Source: Octopus vulgaris (lineage: Eukaryota). Taken from it: 64,000 nucleotides of DNA. The notes beneath the pieces were generated by a model, which saw only the letters and a program-made list of their open reading frames with translations, was not told the DNA's origin and did no database searches. The translations under genes were made by a program, and so were the position numbers. Numbering within the stretch: the stretch's first letter is position 1; every line of letters starts with the position of its first letter. The stretch is taken from the NCBI GenBank assembly GCA_951406725.2, contig OX597827.1, forward strand, positions 21,576,001-21,640,000, given 5' to 3'. Shown piece after piece: positions 35,903-49,085 of the stretch.

Positions 35903-38900
35903 GTATGTATGTATATATATATATATATTAATGGTGAAGGCCGGTAAAGAATCCCTGTGAAAAAACCCTCTTTCCATTCGAAACTATATGCATATATTTG
36001 TGAGTGTGTTTGTGTGTGTGTATTTATCTATGTATGTATATACGCGCGTGTATACATACATATACACACACACATATTAATATATATAATGTGTGTGTGT
36101 AGACATAGGGTAAAATTCAGAATGCTACGTTGAAACTTGGTGTAAGGACCTTAGCAGAGCCCTAAAGTCCGAGATGCTAGGGTTGCGAAGGTGGGACCAG
36201 GCATTATAACTTTTTGCAACCCACTTCATAAGCTAAAAATTAGGGAAAGTTCACCGCCTGCACCACCCCTACCTTACTGCCGACGTTGTTTTGCATCTAA
36301 AAGTTTTTAGGGGTTCTTTTTGTTTTGAATTTTTTTTTTAATGAGGAAGAAGGGCAGTATCCATCGCTCTTTTCAGGGTCTCCAAGATCGAGTGGTGTAG
36401 GAAGTAGTGACGCAGCGTGGATGGAGCCACAAGGATGGCTTTCGTGGGTGCAAAATTGCAGAAAAAAAGAGGGGAAAAAAAGGAAAAATGAAAATGAATT
36501 AATGTTAATAATAAATAGATTTTAAAAAATAGCGCGTCCTCTCAGTAATATTTGGTTTTTCCCGAGCACTGGGGGTCCACATCATGCGACTGAAGAATAC
36601 CCAGATCGCCGGAAACCTGGCGCGGAGATTTACAAACAGGATGGACTCCGCTAAAGGCATCATAAAGGCCAGGTAAGGGATGTGTTAAACGGGTCAACAA
36701 ATTAAATCTAACAGGAAAATTAGGCCAAAACAAAGGACGGAAGGGGGGGTTGCTATGCCGCGACGATGGAAGAGTAAAGTTGTAAACATTTGTTGTTTTG
36801 AATTAAGAACAGAAAACTAATGTTGTGAGAAAGAAACAAATACTTTTGTAAAGAGAAGGTAGGGATCGGGTGATCTTGTTGGCATGGTGGGGGCAGATGA
36901 CAGCTTTTGAAGGGAACCCTCTTCTGTTGGGAATCTTTCAAAGAGAATTACTTGTATACATGCGCGCACGCACGTACACACACATGTATATATAGGTGAA
37001 CCGTTCTAGTTGTTTGTTTTTGTTTTTTTATTCTGTTGCACGTATGTATATTATATTCACTTCATGTACATGGGTGTATATATCCAGAACTCATACATAT
37101 GTCGCGTGTATTTAGCATTGATCTTTTGAGTATTTGATGAGGAGTTTGAAACGGGGACCGTGTTTTCCATTTGGCCTGGACCTATTCATTAGTGGTTTTG
37201 CGTAGGCCTGTTAATCTGTCTGCTTGTCTATGTACGTTCGTTCGTTCTGACTGTCTTCCTCGGGCCCTCAACCCCTGCTGGGCAGGGAGTCGTCAGAGGA
37301 CCACCATGTCTTGGGTCAACTTCAACCTAACGGAGCTCAACCATTTCATTCCGGGTCCAGTCACAGCTGATTTCAGAAACAGCGAACGAAATACAAGAAC
37401 CTACTCCACTGTGTGGCCCTTACTCTATTCATTGAGCCCCTAAAACATAAAGAGCAACGTTTACCTTGGCGAAATTTGAAGTCAGCGCTGAGATTGTTGC
37501 CTTACATGTATGTATGTGTATATATGTATAAATGTTTGCATATATATAAATATGTCTGTCGGAATGTATATACAAGTATGTATGTATGTATGTATGTATG
37601 TGTGAACGTATGTATGTATGTATGTATGTATGTATGTATGTATGTATGTATGTATGTATGTATGTATGTATGTATGTGTGAACGTATGTGTGTGTAAACG
37701 TATGTGTACGTATGCGCGTATATATATATATACACACACACACACACGCGTGTGTGTGCGTATGTGTGTACTCATGCATGTAATTATGCATGTGTATGTC
37801 TGCACATGTATGCATGCATGTATCTTTATGTATATATGTGTACACATGTATATACGTGTATGTATGTATGTGTAATAAATTCTTTAACTTTTGAAGCTGT
37901 TCTATAAATAAACCGCTAATAATCCACCGTAATTATCTCCATTAATTACATAAATCACATCGGTACACAATAACATTTTTTTCCTATAATTTTTTCTGTT
38001 TTTTCTTAATTCATTTTTCCCCCTTTGAATTTTGAACTATTTGGACTTTAAAATTATATCTATTCGGAACAGAAATCTTAAAAGTGTCTTTAACTCGTTT
38101 CTCATCCAAGCTGAGCATTAACTTTTCTCCACAAAATCGCCAAAAAGTTCATTCTTTCTTATTTAATTAATAAGGCGGGGAGCTGGCAGAATCGTTAGCA
38201 CGCCGGGCGAAATGCTTAGCAGTATTTCGTCTGTCTTTACGTTCTGAGTTTAAATTCCACCGAGGTCAACTTTGCCTTTCATCCTTTCGGGGTCGATAAA
38301 TTAAGTACCAGGTCGATAATTAAGTACTGGAGTTCATCTAATCGACTGCCCGCCCCACCCTCAAATTTCGGGCCTTGTGCCTAGAATAGAAAAGTTCTTA
38401 TTTAATTAATATGTTACTCAACCATTTCCCCCCCTTTGATTCCGGCTTCATTCTCCTGGACCTCCAGAGCCATCCGTTGGATATAAAGAAAAATCCTACT
38501 GTATTTTTAGAATGAAATAATATTAGGAATTGTATTTTTAAAATGATTTTAAATATTTTGTATATCATAAAAATGTAATTCATTGCACATAAATTTTAAC
38601 AACAAAATCTTTTATGGACCCCGGATAAGAACCCTTGACTGAATAGATCGGAGTTACTGATTTCATATTTTGGCAAGGGCCAACAATTTCAGGTAAGGGA
38701 TTAAGTCGATTACATCGAACCCAGTACACAACAGGCACTTATTTTATCGACCCCGAAAGGATGAAAGGCAAAGTCGGACCTCAGCGGAATTTGAACTCAG
38801 AACGTAACGACGGACAAAATGCCGTTAAGTATTTTGTCCGGCGAGCTAACGAGCCTGCCAACTCGACGTCTTACAACAGATTGTAATTATTGATTGGAAA

Positions 38901-39626
38901 TCTAAAACAAATAAATTAAAGCATAAAAACATAAAGTTACTTGTTGGACGCGTGGTGGGACGTTTTTTTTTACACTGTAATATCACACACACACACACAC
39001 AGGTAGGACCTCCGAGAACAATTTGGCAAAAAGTCGATGCTGCTTTCAGTTCCCACCTGGGAAGAGCAAAGGGGGTTTCCTTTCCCCATTCTGCCGTCAG
39101 TAATTCAAAAGACCGATACACTGGTTGTCCCCCCTCTCTGTATATATTAATGGGGCTAGGCCCTTTATGGATGCGAAACCATTGGTCACTCTATGACCGG
39201 ACATAGACACAACTGCATATATATATATATATAAAAGTAAATAAAAGAATTTGAATAACACCTGCGTTCAACTCCATTTATTTACTTATACTATACAAAT
39301 TACTGCACATTAACCCGGAGTTTCTATCTTTGAATAGGTCGCTACGTCCTTGTTACTTGCGTGAATTTTGCTACCCTGCTAACTGTTTACTGAATTTTCC
39401 GTGTTAACTGTAAACAAAGGATAATTCATTCATCCATTTATATATTAACAAGAACTCACTACTTGAATGGACCATAAACAAAACTTAACTTAAACAGGAT
39501 TTAGATAATCCTATCAGGTGGTGCTATTAAGTAAAACATGGCCTGGACCAATCTTTGGTCGAAACATATCTAAGTTTTATATATATACGTACATTTTTTC
39601 TTCTCTCCTTGTTTCTTTCTATGTCC

Positions 39627-39662
39627 CTTTCTGTAGAAGAGCGTAGGCACGAAACATAAAAG
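39627..39662 (+). ncRNA. Variant minimal hammerhead-like motif (decayed copy)
   Basis: cttt-CTGTAGA-a-gagcgtaggcac-GAAA-c-ATA-aaag, inside a ~170-bp TA-flanked element repeated at 41266-41415. Confidence 0.4.
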
Positions 39663-40226
39663 ACTTTAATTCCTGAGCGTTATAGTAATACATATTTGTT
39701 TTGTACACCACCTGTCTTCGTCTTTTGTTGTTTTTTTTTCGTGAACTCTCCCTATATATATATATACACACACACACAAACAGAAAGAGAGAGATCAGGA
39801 AAAGGTAAAAGTTATTTGATAACCATTTGGCTTTGATAGGACATGAGGTAAAGTTTGGTCAGACGGTCTTCTGATTTCCGATGAGACAGGCACCGACCAA
39901 ACTACAACTTATAGAACTGAGTCAGAGTTTTTATTAAACAACTTCTATCTTGTTTCGGTCGTTGGACTACGGTCATGCTGGAGCACCGCTTTGAAGGGTT
40001 TCGACTCACGAACAAATCGACCCCAATACTTTTTTTTTGGTTCAAACCTGATACTTATTCTATCGGTCTCATATTTTCTGAACCACTAAGTTACGGTGAC
40101 GTAAATATACCAACACCGGTTGTCAAGCATTAGAGAGGAACAAACACAAACATACATACATACAAGCATGCGTGCGTGTATGTATGTATGTATGTATGTA
40201 TGTATGTATGTATGTATGTATGTATG

Positions 40227-40509
40227 CAGTGACGGACTGGCCAGGTTGCCAACTTGCCCGATGGCAAGTGGGCCCCTGCGCCATTAGAATCCATATATGG
40301 AGGGGGGGCATTTTAGTATCTAAGGGGCCCATCCCGTCAAGTTTGAGAATTTTTTAGTCACTCCTGGAAAAATGCATTAATTATTTCAGCCTGGGTGTGT
40401 TTGTAGACAGTTGAAAAGAATACTTTCAATAAAAAAAAAAAAAAATAATTAAATGATAGCATTGTATCTCCAGGTGGCAACCAATATTTGTAGACCCAGT
40501 CAGCCACTG
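40227..40509. mobile_element. hAT-like MITE inserted in (TATG)n
   Basis: TIRs cagtgacggactgg / ccagtcagccactg, with tatgtatg on both sides. Confidence 0.75.
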
Positions 40510-41025
40510 TATGTATGTATGTATGTATGTATGTATGTATGTATGTATGTGTGTGTGTATGTATGTATGTATGTATGTATGTATGTATGTATGTATGTAT
40601 GTATGTATGTGTGTATGTATGTATGTATGTATGTATGTATGTGTATGTATGTATGTATGTATGTGTGTATGTATGTATGTATGTATGTATGTATGTATGT
40701 ATGTATGTATGTATGTGTGTATGTATGTATGTATGTATGTATGTATGTATGTATGTATGTATGTATGTATGTGTGTATGTATGTATGTATGTATGTATGT
40801 ATGTATGTATGTATGTATGTATGTATGTGTGTATGTATGTATGTATGTGTGTATGTATGTATGTATGTATGTATGTATGTATGTATGTATGTATGTATGT
40901 GTATGTATGTATGTATGTGTGTATGTATGTATGTATGTATGTATGTATGTATGTATGTGTGTATGTATGTATGTATGTATGTATGTGTGTATGTATGTAT
41001 GTATGTATGTGTATGTATGTATGTA

Positions 41026-41056
<31 letters not shown>

Positions 41057-41065
41057 ATGTATGTA

Positions 41066-41102
<37 letters not shown>

Positions 41103-41180
41103 ATGTATGTATGTATGTATGTATGTGTGTATGTATGTGTGTATGTATGTATGTATGTATGTATGTATGTATGTATGTAC
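40510..41180. repeat. ~670-bp (TATG)n microsatellite with TG interruptions
   Basis: Directly visible. Source of the spurious 220-290 aa YVCM/HTYI ORFs. Confidence 0.98.
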
Positions 41181-41280
41181 GTATAAGCAAAGCACTGGTC
41201 GGTCCGGGGCTATGGTAGAATACACTTGTGCAAGACGTCGCGCAGTGGGATTGAACCGAAGACGACATTTTTCTGTGTCC

Positions 41281-41316
41281 CTTTCTGTAGAAGAGCGTAG
41301 GCACGAAACGTAAAAG
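41281..41316 (+). ncRNA. Variant minimal hammerhead-like motif
   Basis: cttt-CTGTAGA-a-gagc(gtag)gcac-GAAA-c-GTA-aaag. Stem I cttt/aaag, palindromic stem III ACGT, GUA triplet. The core deviates: U at A6 and an extra A. Confidence 0.5.
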
Positions 41317-42398
41317 ACTTTTTCAATTCCTGAGCGTTATACTAATACATCTGTTTATTTTGTACACTACCTGTCTTCGTCTTTTGTTGTTTTTTCGTGA
41401 ACTCTCCCTATATATGTATATAGGAACTCTCCCTACATATATGTGTGTGTGTGTGTGTATGCTGGGCGTGCGAGTATAGAATGTGGAGATGCTCCAATTA
41501 TTATCGATTTTAAAGACAAAAATGCATTGGAATTTGGTTTTCCCTTGTTACCGACACAAATCGATGGTGGGATGCGACAAAGTGCTGCTAATTCCGCAAT
41601 TTACCATTGTTAACGGTGTGGGTCACCCGTATAAACCTTATTCCGTCACTAATCGGTTCCACCCCACCCCCCACATATACACATACCGTATCTCTTCAGT
41701 TCCTCACCTGCGTTAGTTCTATTTCTCCCTTGAAATCGTTTACTCCGTTCCTCCCTGGCCCATTCAGCAGACAGGGGGAAATCTGAGACATAATCTTTAG
41801 AAATAAAGAAATAATTCTTTCTAATTTTTGCACAGAGATAGCAATTGTGTGTGTGTGTGTGTGTGTAAGGAAGCAAATCGATTACATTGCTCCCAAACTT
41901 GATTCCTACTTTATTTTATCGACCCTAAAAGTATGAAAAGCAAAGTTGGCCACGGTGGGATTTGAACTCGGAACAAAGATGTAATAAATGCCGTTAAGGC
42001 ATTCTGTCTGGTGTGCCAACGCTTCTATCCGTTTGCCGTCTTAGAAAGAAGAATTAACCCTTTCCGCTATAGTCACGAGGCCGGAAATTTGGGAATGGGA
42101 TTTGTCGATACCACCGACCCCGAAAGGACTAAAAGCAAAAATAGATCGCGGCAGGATTCGAACGCAAAGACGGCCGAAATGCCGTATGAATTTCCCACTA
42201 GCGCGCTAACGATTCTGCCAAGTTTTCCACCTTAGAAAGAAGGAATAAAAAAGAAGAGGCGAACGTACTTCTGTTGGAGACCTGGACAGACAGAAAGGAA
42301 GGAATGGTCACGGTTGGGCTGTCTTTGATCATGGAACTGCTCGTTCAGTGCTGAACTGGCGCTAATGATGCAACATATGATGCAAAGTAGGAAAGGTG

Positions 42399-42705
42399 GA
42401 GGCACATGGCCTAGTGGTTAGAGCAACGGACTCGCGGTCGAGGGATCGCGAGTTCGAATCTCAGACCGGACGATGTGTGTGTTTATGAGCAAAACACCTA
42501 AGCTCCACGCGGCTCCGACAGAAGGTAATGGCGAAACTTCAGCTGACTCTTTCGCCACAACTTCCTCTCACTCTTTCCTCCTGCATCTTGCAGCTCACCT
42601 GCGACGGACCGGCGTCCCGTCCAGGTGGGGAACCTATACGCCAAGAAACCGGGAAACCGGCCCTTATGAGCCAGGCATGGCTCGAGAAGGAACAAACAAA
42701 AACAA
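42399..42705 (+). mobile_element. Young full-length tRNA(Arg-like)-derived SINE with 16-bp TSD
   Basis: A box tggcctagtggtt, anticodon-like gacTCGcggtc, B box gagttcgaatc, (aac)n tail; TSD caaagtaggaaaggtg at 42383-42398 and 42706-42721. Confidence 0.9.
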
Positions 42706-44528
42706 CAAAGTAGGAAAGGTGCCAACGACGACAATAGCCTTTCTATGCCTTTTCTTTCCTGCTATAGACACAAGGCCTGAAATTTTGAGGGTTTTTGGGT
42801 GGACAATTGAATACTTGACTGGTACTTTATTTATCGATCTCGAAAAAAGATGAAAGGCAGCATTTGAGCGCAGAAAGTAAAGACGGACGAAATGCCGCTA
42901 AGCATTTCGTCCGGTCGTGCTAATGATCCTGCTGCCTTAACTACGATGGTAATATTAATAACAGCAACAACAACGACGATGTCGACGGCGGCGGCGGAGA
43001 TAAAGAATACACACAACGACCCGTTTTCGGCGCAACAAAAAGCCAAACCCTAAACATCGGCTGTGGGTATTCATTGTCTTCGCCGGCGACAGCAACAATA
43101 ACTTGACTGACGACCTTATAAGCAGAGAGAAGCTCAACCTTTATGCCTGCTAGAAATAACAGCAATCAAATGTCCTTCAAATCACACCTCACTGTTTAAG
43201 AGGGGATATACACATTATGACCCATCAGTGACAGTTAAACTATGTACGGCCAGGGGGCAGTCGTGAGTTTGCCTGTCCAAGCTCCAGAGTTCCTGAGTGT
43301 CTATACGGGCTTATACACTAAACCCAAAAGTGCTGTCCCCTTTAAAGTGTCACCCGAGGGAAAATGCACCCCTTGACCCCTCACTATGGGTACACATTGG
43401 AAAACATAAGCCTGAATAGTCACTGTTTGACCGATTATGATTATAGGTCTGTTGAGTCAGCGACTAACCTAGGATTAAACAGCAACAAGAATAACGTGGG
43501 ATTTGCAGAAAGTTTGGCTGTTATTTCTAACAGGTCAGGTGAGCACGTAGGTTGGTAGGGGTCGGGGTGTCCCTTTGCTCGTTTGAAGCATCTATTGTTG
43601 AGTCACTGGTTAACTATGATCAATGACATTCCAGCTGTGACCATCCATCCTTTTATGGGTATCTATTACTACATTATCAAATGCATCCATCCATTCCTTT
43701 TTAAAATGCTGGGGTGCTTGTTTTGAGACCGATTTGGCTGCTCTTTTTAGCAAGTCCGGCGACCATATCAAAGCTTCTTTCTTAGCGTCTACCTATTGTT
43801 ATTATTGTTGTTGTTTGTTTGTTTGTTGAGCGAAGCGGTCTTCGTCCCTAGTGGGAGAAGTCCGAAATGTGGTCCTTTGCTATTCGTAAGACCCACAGAA
43901 GAGAAAGCAGGCCAACCCCCGACACCAAGAGCATCGACGGATGGATGAATGCGCATCCAGGCTCAGCGGTTGTGTAGGAAGTCAGGGACAAGAAACAGGA
44001 AGAAAGAGTGAGAGAAAGTTGGGGCGAAAGAGTACAACAGGGGTCGCCATGTTGTTGTTGTTGTTGTTGTTAAGATGGGTGAGCTGGCAGAACCGGTAGA
44101 GTGCCAGACAAAATGCTTAGCAGCATTTCTTCCAACTTTTACGTTCTGAGTTCAAATGCTGTTGTGGGTCGACTTTGCCTTCCATCCTTTTCGGGTCAAT
44201 GAAATAAGTACCAGTTAAGCAGTGGGGGTCGATGTAATTGGCTCACACCCTCCCCCTCCCCTGGCCTTGTGCCAGAATTTGAAATTGTTGCTGTTGTTGT
44301 TTAGCCCCAGGTCAACCTTGAGCCTATCATTAAACAGCATCCCAACCATAAGCATCCTGCCTTCATCATCATCATCATCATCATCCATCAGGCTGGAATG
44401 GTTCCGGTTGGGTGGTTTGACAGGATCTGAGGCTGGAGGATTGTATCTTGCTCCAGTGGCTTCTTTGATATGCTTTCTACAGTTGGATGCCCTTCCTAAC
44501 GCCAACCACTTTACAGACGGTATTGCAA

Positions 44529-44945
44529 GGCGGCGAGCTGGCAGAAATGTTGGCATGCTGGGCGAAATGCTCAGCAGTATTTCGTCTGCTGCTACATTCT
44601 GAGTTCAAAACCCGCCAAGGTCGACTTTGCCTTTCATCCTTTCGGGGTCGATTAAATAAGTACCAATTATGCACTGAGGTCAATATAATCGACTTAATCT
44701 GTTTGTCTGTCCTTGTTTGTCCCCTCTGTGTTTAGCCCCTTGTGGGTAGTAAAGAAATAGGTATTTCATCTGCCGCTACGTTCTGAGTTCAAATTTCGCC
44801 GAGGTCGACTTTGCCTTTCATCCTTTCGGGGTCGATTGAATAAGTACCAGTTATGCACTGGGGTCAATATAATCGACTTAATCCGTTTGTCTGTCCTTGC
44901 TTGTCCACTCTGTGTTTAGCCCCTTGTGGGTAGTAAAGAAATAGG
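44529..44945 (+). mobile_element. Meta/MESC-like SINE with an internal ~185-bp tandem duplication
   Basis: gtatttc.tctgc...agtaaagaaatag occurs at about 44577-44760 and 44761-44945. Confidence 0.85.
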
Positions 44946-45870
44946 TATTGTGTTCCCCTTCAATGGTACCAGCACCTGTGAAGATCCCTTCATAACTTGC
45001 AAGGCCAAGGTCCTAAAGTGGCCCCTATAACTGGAGAATGAAATCTACAGTGTGGTGATGTATAATAATTTGAGTGAAGCAGGGAGTTGTGTATATGATA
45101 ACCACAATTTGATCCTTGTTGAACAAAACATGGCTGAGAAGGGAATTGCTGTGGATTATTGCCTTAAGAAGAAGTGTTGTGAAGTATTTAATACTGTCTT
45201 GGTGGTGATGGTGGTGGTGGGACAGAATGAGTAGTGGCAGAGTTGGGTGGAGGTATGTGTGTAAAAGTGAATAAGCAAAAGAAAATTGCCTTCAGGGGTG
45301 CATTTTGCAGGTGCTACAGAGATTTGGAATTACTGGTTTCCAATTTTGGCCCAAGGACAGCAATTTTAGGGGAAGGGGACAGACCAATTACGTTGACCCC
45401 CACAACTCAGCTGCTAGTTATTTTATTGAACCTGAAAAGATGAAAGGCAAAGTTGACCTCGGTGGAATTTGAACCCAGAACATAAAGAGAGATGAAATGC
45501 CGCTGAGTATTTTGTCTGGTGTGCTAACAGTTCTGCCAGCTCACCGCCTTGATAATAATAATAATAGTAATGATAATGATAATAATAATAATAATAATAT
45601 TAATGATAATAATAATAATGATGATGATGATGATTTCAAATTTTTGCCACAAGGGCAGCTTGGGGGAGGGGATTAAGTTGATTACATAGACCTCAGTGCA
45701 TAGCTAGTACTTATTTACTCAACCCCAAAAGGATAAAAGGAAAAGTCAACTCTGACAGAATTTGAACTCAGAACGTAGCGACAGGTGAAATGCCACTAAG
45801 CATTTCATCCAGCGTGCCGCCTGCAATAATGATGATGATGATGACGACAATAATAATTTAAGTAATAGTA

Positions 45871-45906
<36 letters not shown>

Positions 45907-46477
45907 TTTTTTTATTAGCCACAGAGGCTGCTAGCTACATTACAGTGAATGAGTGTTATGACAGAGATGTTACAAAATAGCTGTGGATGAACAAGACAAA
46001 GTTAATTATCTGAAATTAATTATCTGAAGTTATTCTCTTTCTCTTAAGTTTTTTTAAAATTTTATTTTCTTCTCCTGTTTGTCCTAAGTCTTCAGCAATC
46101 TCCAACATCTGCTTGTTTTTTATCTCCTCTTTATTATCCTAAGACTGTGGGGTTACACAACTGCTTATAGCCTCTCAGTCAGTTCTTGGGCAAGGGGACA
46201 AGATGATTTATTTTAACAGTTCCAGACCTGTGCCTTGTAGTGCCCTAAACCCAACAGAACTCCCCATACACTGCTACTGCTGCTTTCTCAAAAGTCCTGT
46301 TAGGGTTTAGCTATTGAGACAGAAACACATGTCCAGTTGTGTCCAGTTCTTCTGGACTTAAACCCTTAAATTACCTTCACTACTATAGGTGTAGCAACAG
46401 GACTTTCTGCTCTGAACAAGCATCCAGAAGGCTTTCTTCTTGCTTTCCACTACAAAACATAGTTCCGGGATTATTTT

Positions 46478-46840
46478 ATCATCATCATCATCATTTAACG
46501 TCCGTTTTCCGTGCTAGCATGGGTTGGACGGTTTGACCGGGGTCTGGGAAGCCAGGAGGCTGCACCAGGCTCCAGTCAGATCTGGCAGTGTTTCTACAGC
46601 TGGATGCCCTTCCTAACACCAACCACTCCATGAGTGTAGTGGGTGCTTTTTACGTGCCGCCGGCACAGGTGCCGGGGGGGGGGGGGGGCTGGCAACAGCA
46701 ATGATCGGTTGGTGATTTTTACGTGCCACTGGCGCGGCGCTGGCATCGGCTACGTACAGATGGTGCTTTTTACGTGCCACTGGCACAGGTATTAGGGGAG
46801 GCTGGCAACGGCCATGATCGGTTGGTGCTTTTTATGTGCT
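46478..46840 (-). mobile_element. RTE LINE 3' UTR copy
   Basis: Same family as 59170-59620. Confidence 0.8.
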
Positions 46841-47667
46841 CTTGGAAAGTCAGGAGGACTATTACATCCATACTGACATATCACCTGACCCCATATCAGT
46901 GTTGACCACTGGATGTATTGTATTATGAAAGTGAACCCCAAACTAGGTTTTGGTATTGTCCCTTTTATCCTTTACAATTTAACCTGAAATACTGCGAGAT
47001 TAGTTTGTAGGTAAGGAAGGGCCGCTAATTAAGTTTATCATTACATACCATCATCACTTTTAAAACAACACATATAGCATCCCTAGGTACTTCAGCATCT
47101 TTTGCAGGAGTTCACAGTTCTTGCATTAATGAGAGATGCTTAAATTGTCCATTGAATTGCACAAGAAAGACCTCTGTGGAATTGGTAATATACAGGTCAG
47201 ATACCCTCTTTCTTTCTCATGCCTGTGTCATAAATTCAGGTAGAAAAAATACCCTTTTTTTCTCTCATAATTTTTACAAGTGTAAACATGTAAACCCTTT
47301 CATCAAAATGGTGCTGCATGTCTAGAACTGGTCTCTTTGATGTATCTGCAAAAGAAGAAATTATTTCTCCAATCAAATTTGAATTTGGCATTTTTTTTTG
47401 TTTAGTATATGAGAGTACTGTAGTTGTTTTGTCTTTTTGTTGTTAGAAAAATTCACTACATTTGTTCACGCTTGTGCCATTGTTAACAGCAAGATCCTTT
47501 TTAAAAAAAAAAAAACACGGAAGACTTGCTTTCCAGTATTCTTGTTAATTTCTGTGTTTGTTTTATTTGTTTTGTAGTTTTCATTTTTACCTTTATTTTT
47601 TATGGGTGCTGCACGATTTCTCAAAGCTGTTTTATGTGTTTATATTGACAAATAAAAGAAGAATAAA

Positions 47668-47840
47668 TACGAGGGGGTACCTAAAAGTAACTGGAAACAT
47701 TCCTTGTGGGACAAACCCATTGTAGTTCAGGCTTCCACTACTAGAAGCCACTTGATGTAATCCTCAGGCATCATCAGTCTGCCAACCAACATCATCATGT
47801 GGAGTCGTACTGCCACATGATGAATTTTTGTTTTGCAGTG
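47668..47840 (+). mobile_element. Mariner-like terminal fragment
   Basis: TA-cgagggggtacctaaaagtaac resembles the TIR at 63299. Confidence 0.5.
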
Positions 47841-47854
47841 GATCCCCTTGTTCC

Positions 47855-48600
47855 AAATAGATAAGAGTTATGAATTGCCCCTTTGTAGGATGTGTGGCAG
47901 CAGAAACAAGACAATCTCAAACATTGCGATTGAGTGTCGCAAGATGGCCCAAAAGCACTACAAAAGGAGGCACGATAACATGGCTAAGTTCATCCACAGG
48001 AGGCTATGTGAAAAGTATGGCTTGAAGAGAGCATGGAAATGGTACAAACATGAACCAGAAAGGGTCATTGAAAACAACTAATATAAGATACTGTGGGATT
48101 TTACAATCCAATGTGACTCCCTAGTTGATGCTCAGAGACCAGATAATGTCGTAGATAAAGGAAAAAAGGAAACCAAGATCATAGTTATTGGAATACCTGG
48201 AGATGCACGCATAAGTGACAAAGAAATAGAAAAGATCAAAAAGTACAGACTACTAAAAGATGAAATTGCAAGAATGTGGTCTATGAGGAGAGTGTCAGGA
48301 GAGTGTCTGTCATTCCAGTGATTGTATGGGGCACTCGGAGCACTGACAACCAGGTTCAAGAAATATGTCAAACAAATTAGAATTGACATGAGAGCAGAGC
48401 AAGGGCCAAAATACTGCTCTGCTGGGAGAAGATTGATGCTTGGATGTCGAATGTCTTTCATGATAATTAACAACCAAGTATCAAAGCCTATAATGTGCAG
48501 AAAGAGACCCTGTGACACCTCTTACAACAAGCCATTGTCTGCTCTCACAGAATCAACCAGAGCAAACAAGATCAAATGCTCTGAAAAGTAAAACAATGAT
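47855..48600 (+). pseudogene. R4/Dong-like (RLE) LINE 3' fragment
   Basis: CRMC..ECRKMAQKHYKRRHD zinc knuckle; ILWDFTIQCD..RPD restriction-like endonuclease; ends in (AAT)n. Confidence 0.85.
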
Positions 48601-48826
48601 GATAATCATAATAATAATAATAATACATAACAAAAACACCAGGACTTACAAACACATATAACATACAGAAAATTGCACCACTAGGCACTGCACACATCCT
48701 ACGCAGAAGACTTTCAATACAGTAACCATCAGAGCATCACAACAAACCACAGCACATACCCAAGGCACACAGAGCTGCGCTCGGTAGTGAAGTGAAAGCA
48801 CATTATAAAAATAAAACTACTGAATG

Positions 48827-48869
<43 letters not shown>

Positions 48870-49085
48870 TAATAATGATAATAATTGGAAAATATGTGAA
48901 TACTACAAAATCAGCACTCTTGCTGAGCCAGTTGTTGAAGGTAAAAATGTCACTATCCTCTGGGATTTTCCAGTGAACACCAACAGAACAATCCAGGCTA
49001 ATCAACCAGACATAATTATTAAAGAAAGGTAAGAAAATACTTGTAGACTAATAGATGTAAGTGTTCCCACTGATAAAAAAATATA

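Noticed and set aside
36589-36625. CTGAAGA...GAAAC motif
   Set aside because: No stem II or III pairing and no NUH triplet in register
37306-37443. Short ORF with good Kozak context (ccaccATGtct; MSWVNFNLTEL...)
   Set aside because: 45 codons, with no homology or splice support visible
39546-39578. Hairpin gacca..tggtc followed by GAAACATATC, resembling a hammerhead 3' half
   Set aside because: No CUGANGA upstream (only ctg); at best a decayed remnant
40426-41313. Long ORFs of 223-292 aa (YVCM/HTYI repeats), and similar ORFs at 477, 3154, 14587, 30708, 37429 and 59811
   Set aside because: Translations of stop-free microsatellites, with no coding signal
42399-42472. tRNA gene
   Set aside because: tRNA-like head continues into a SINE body with tail and TSD; no proper acceptor stem or terminator
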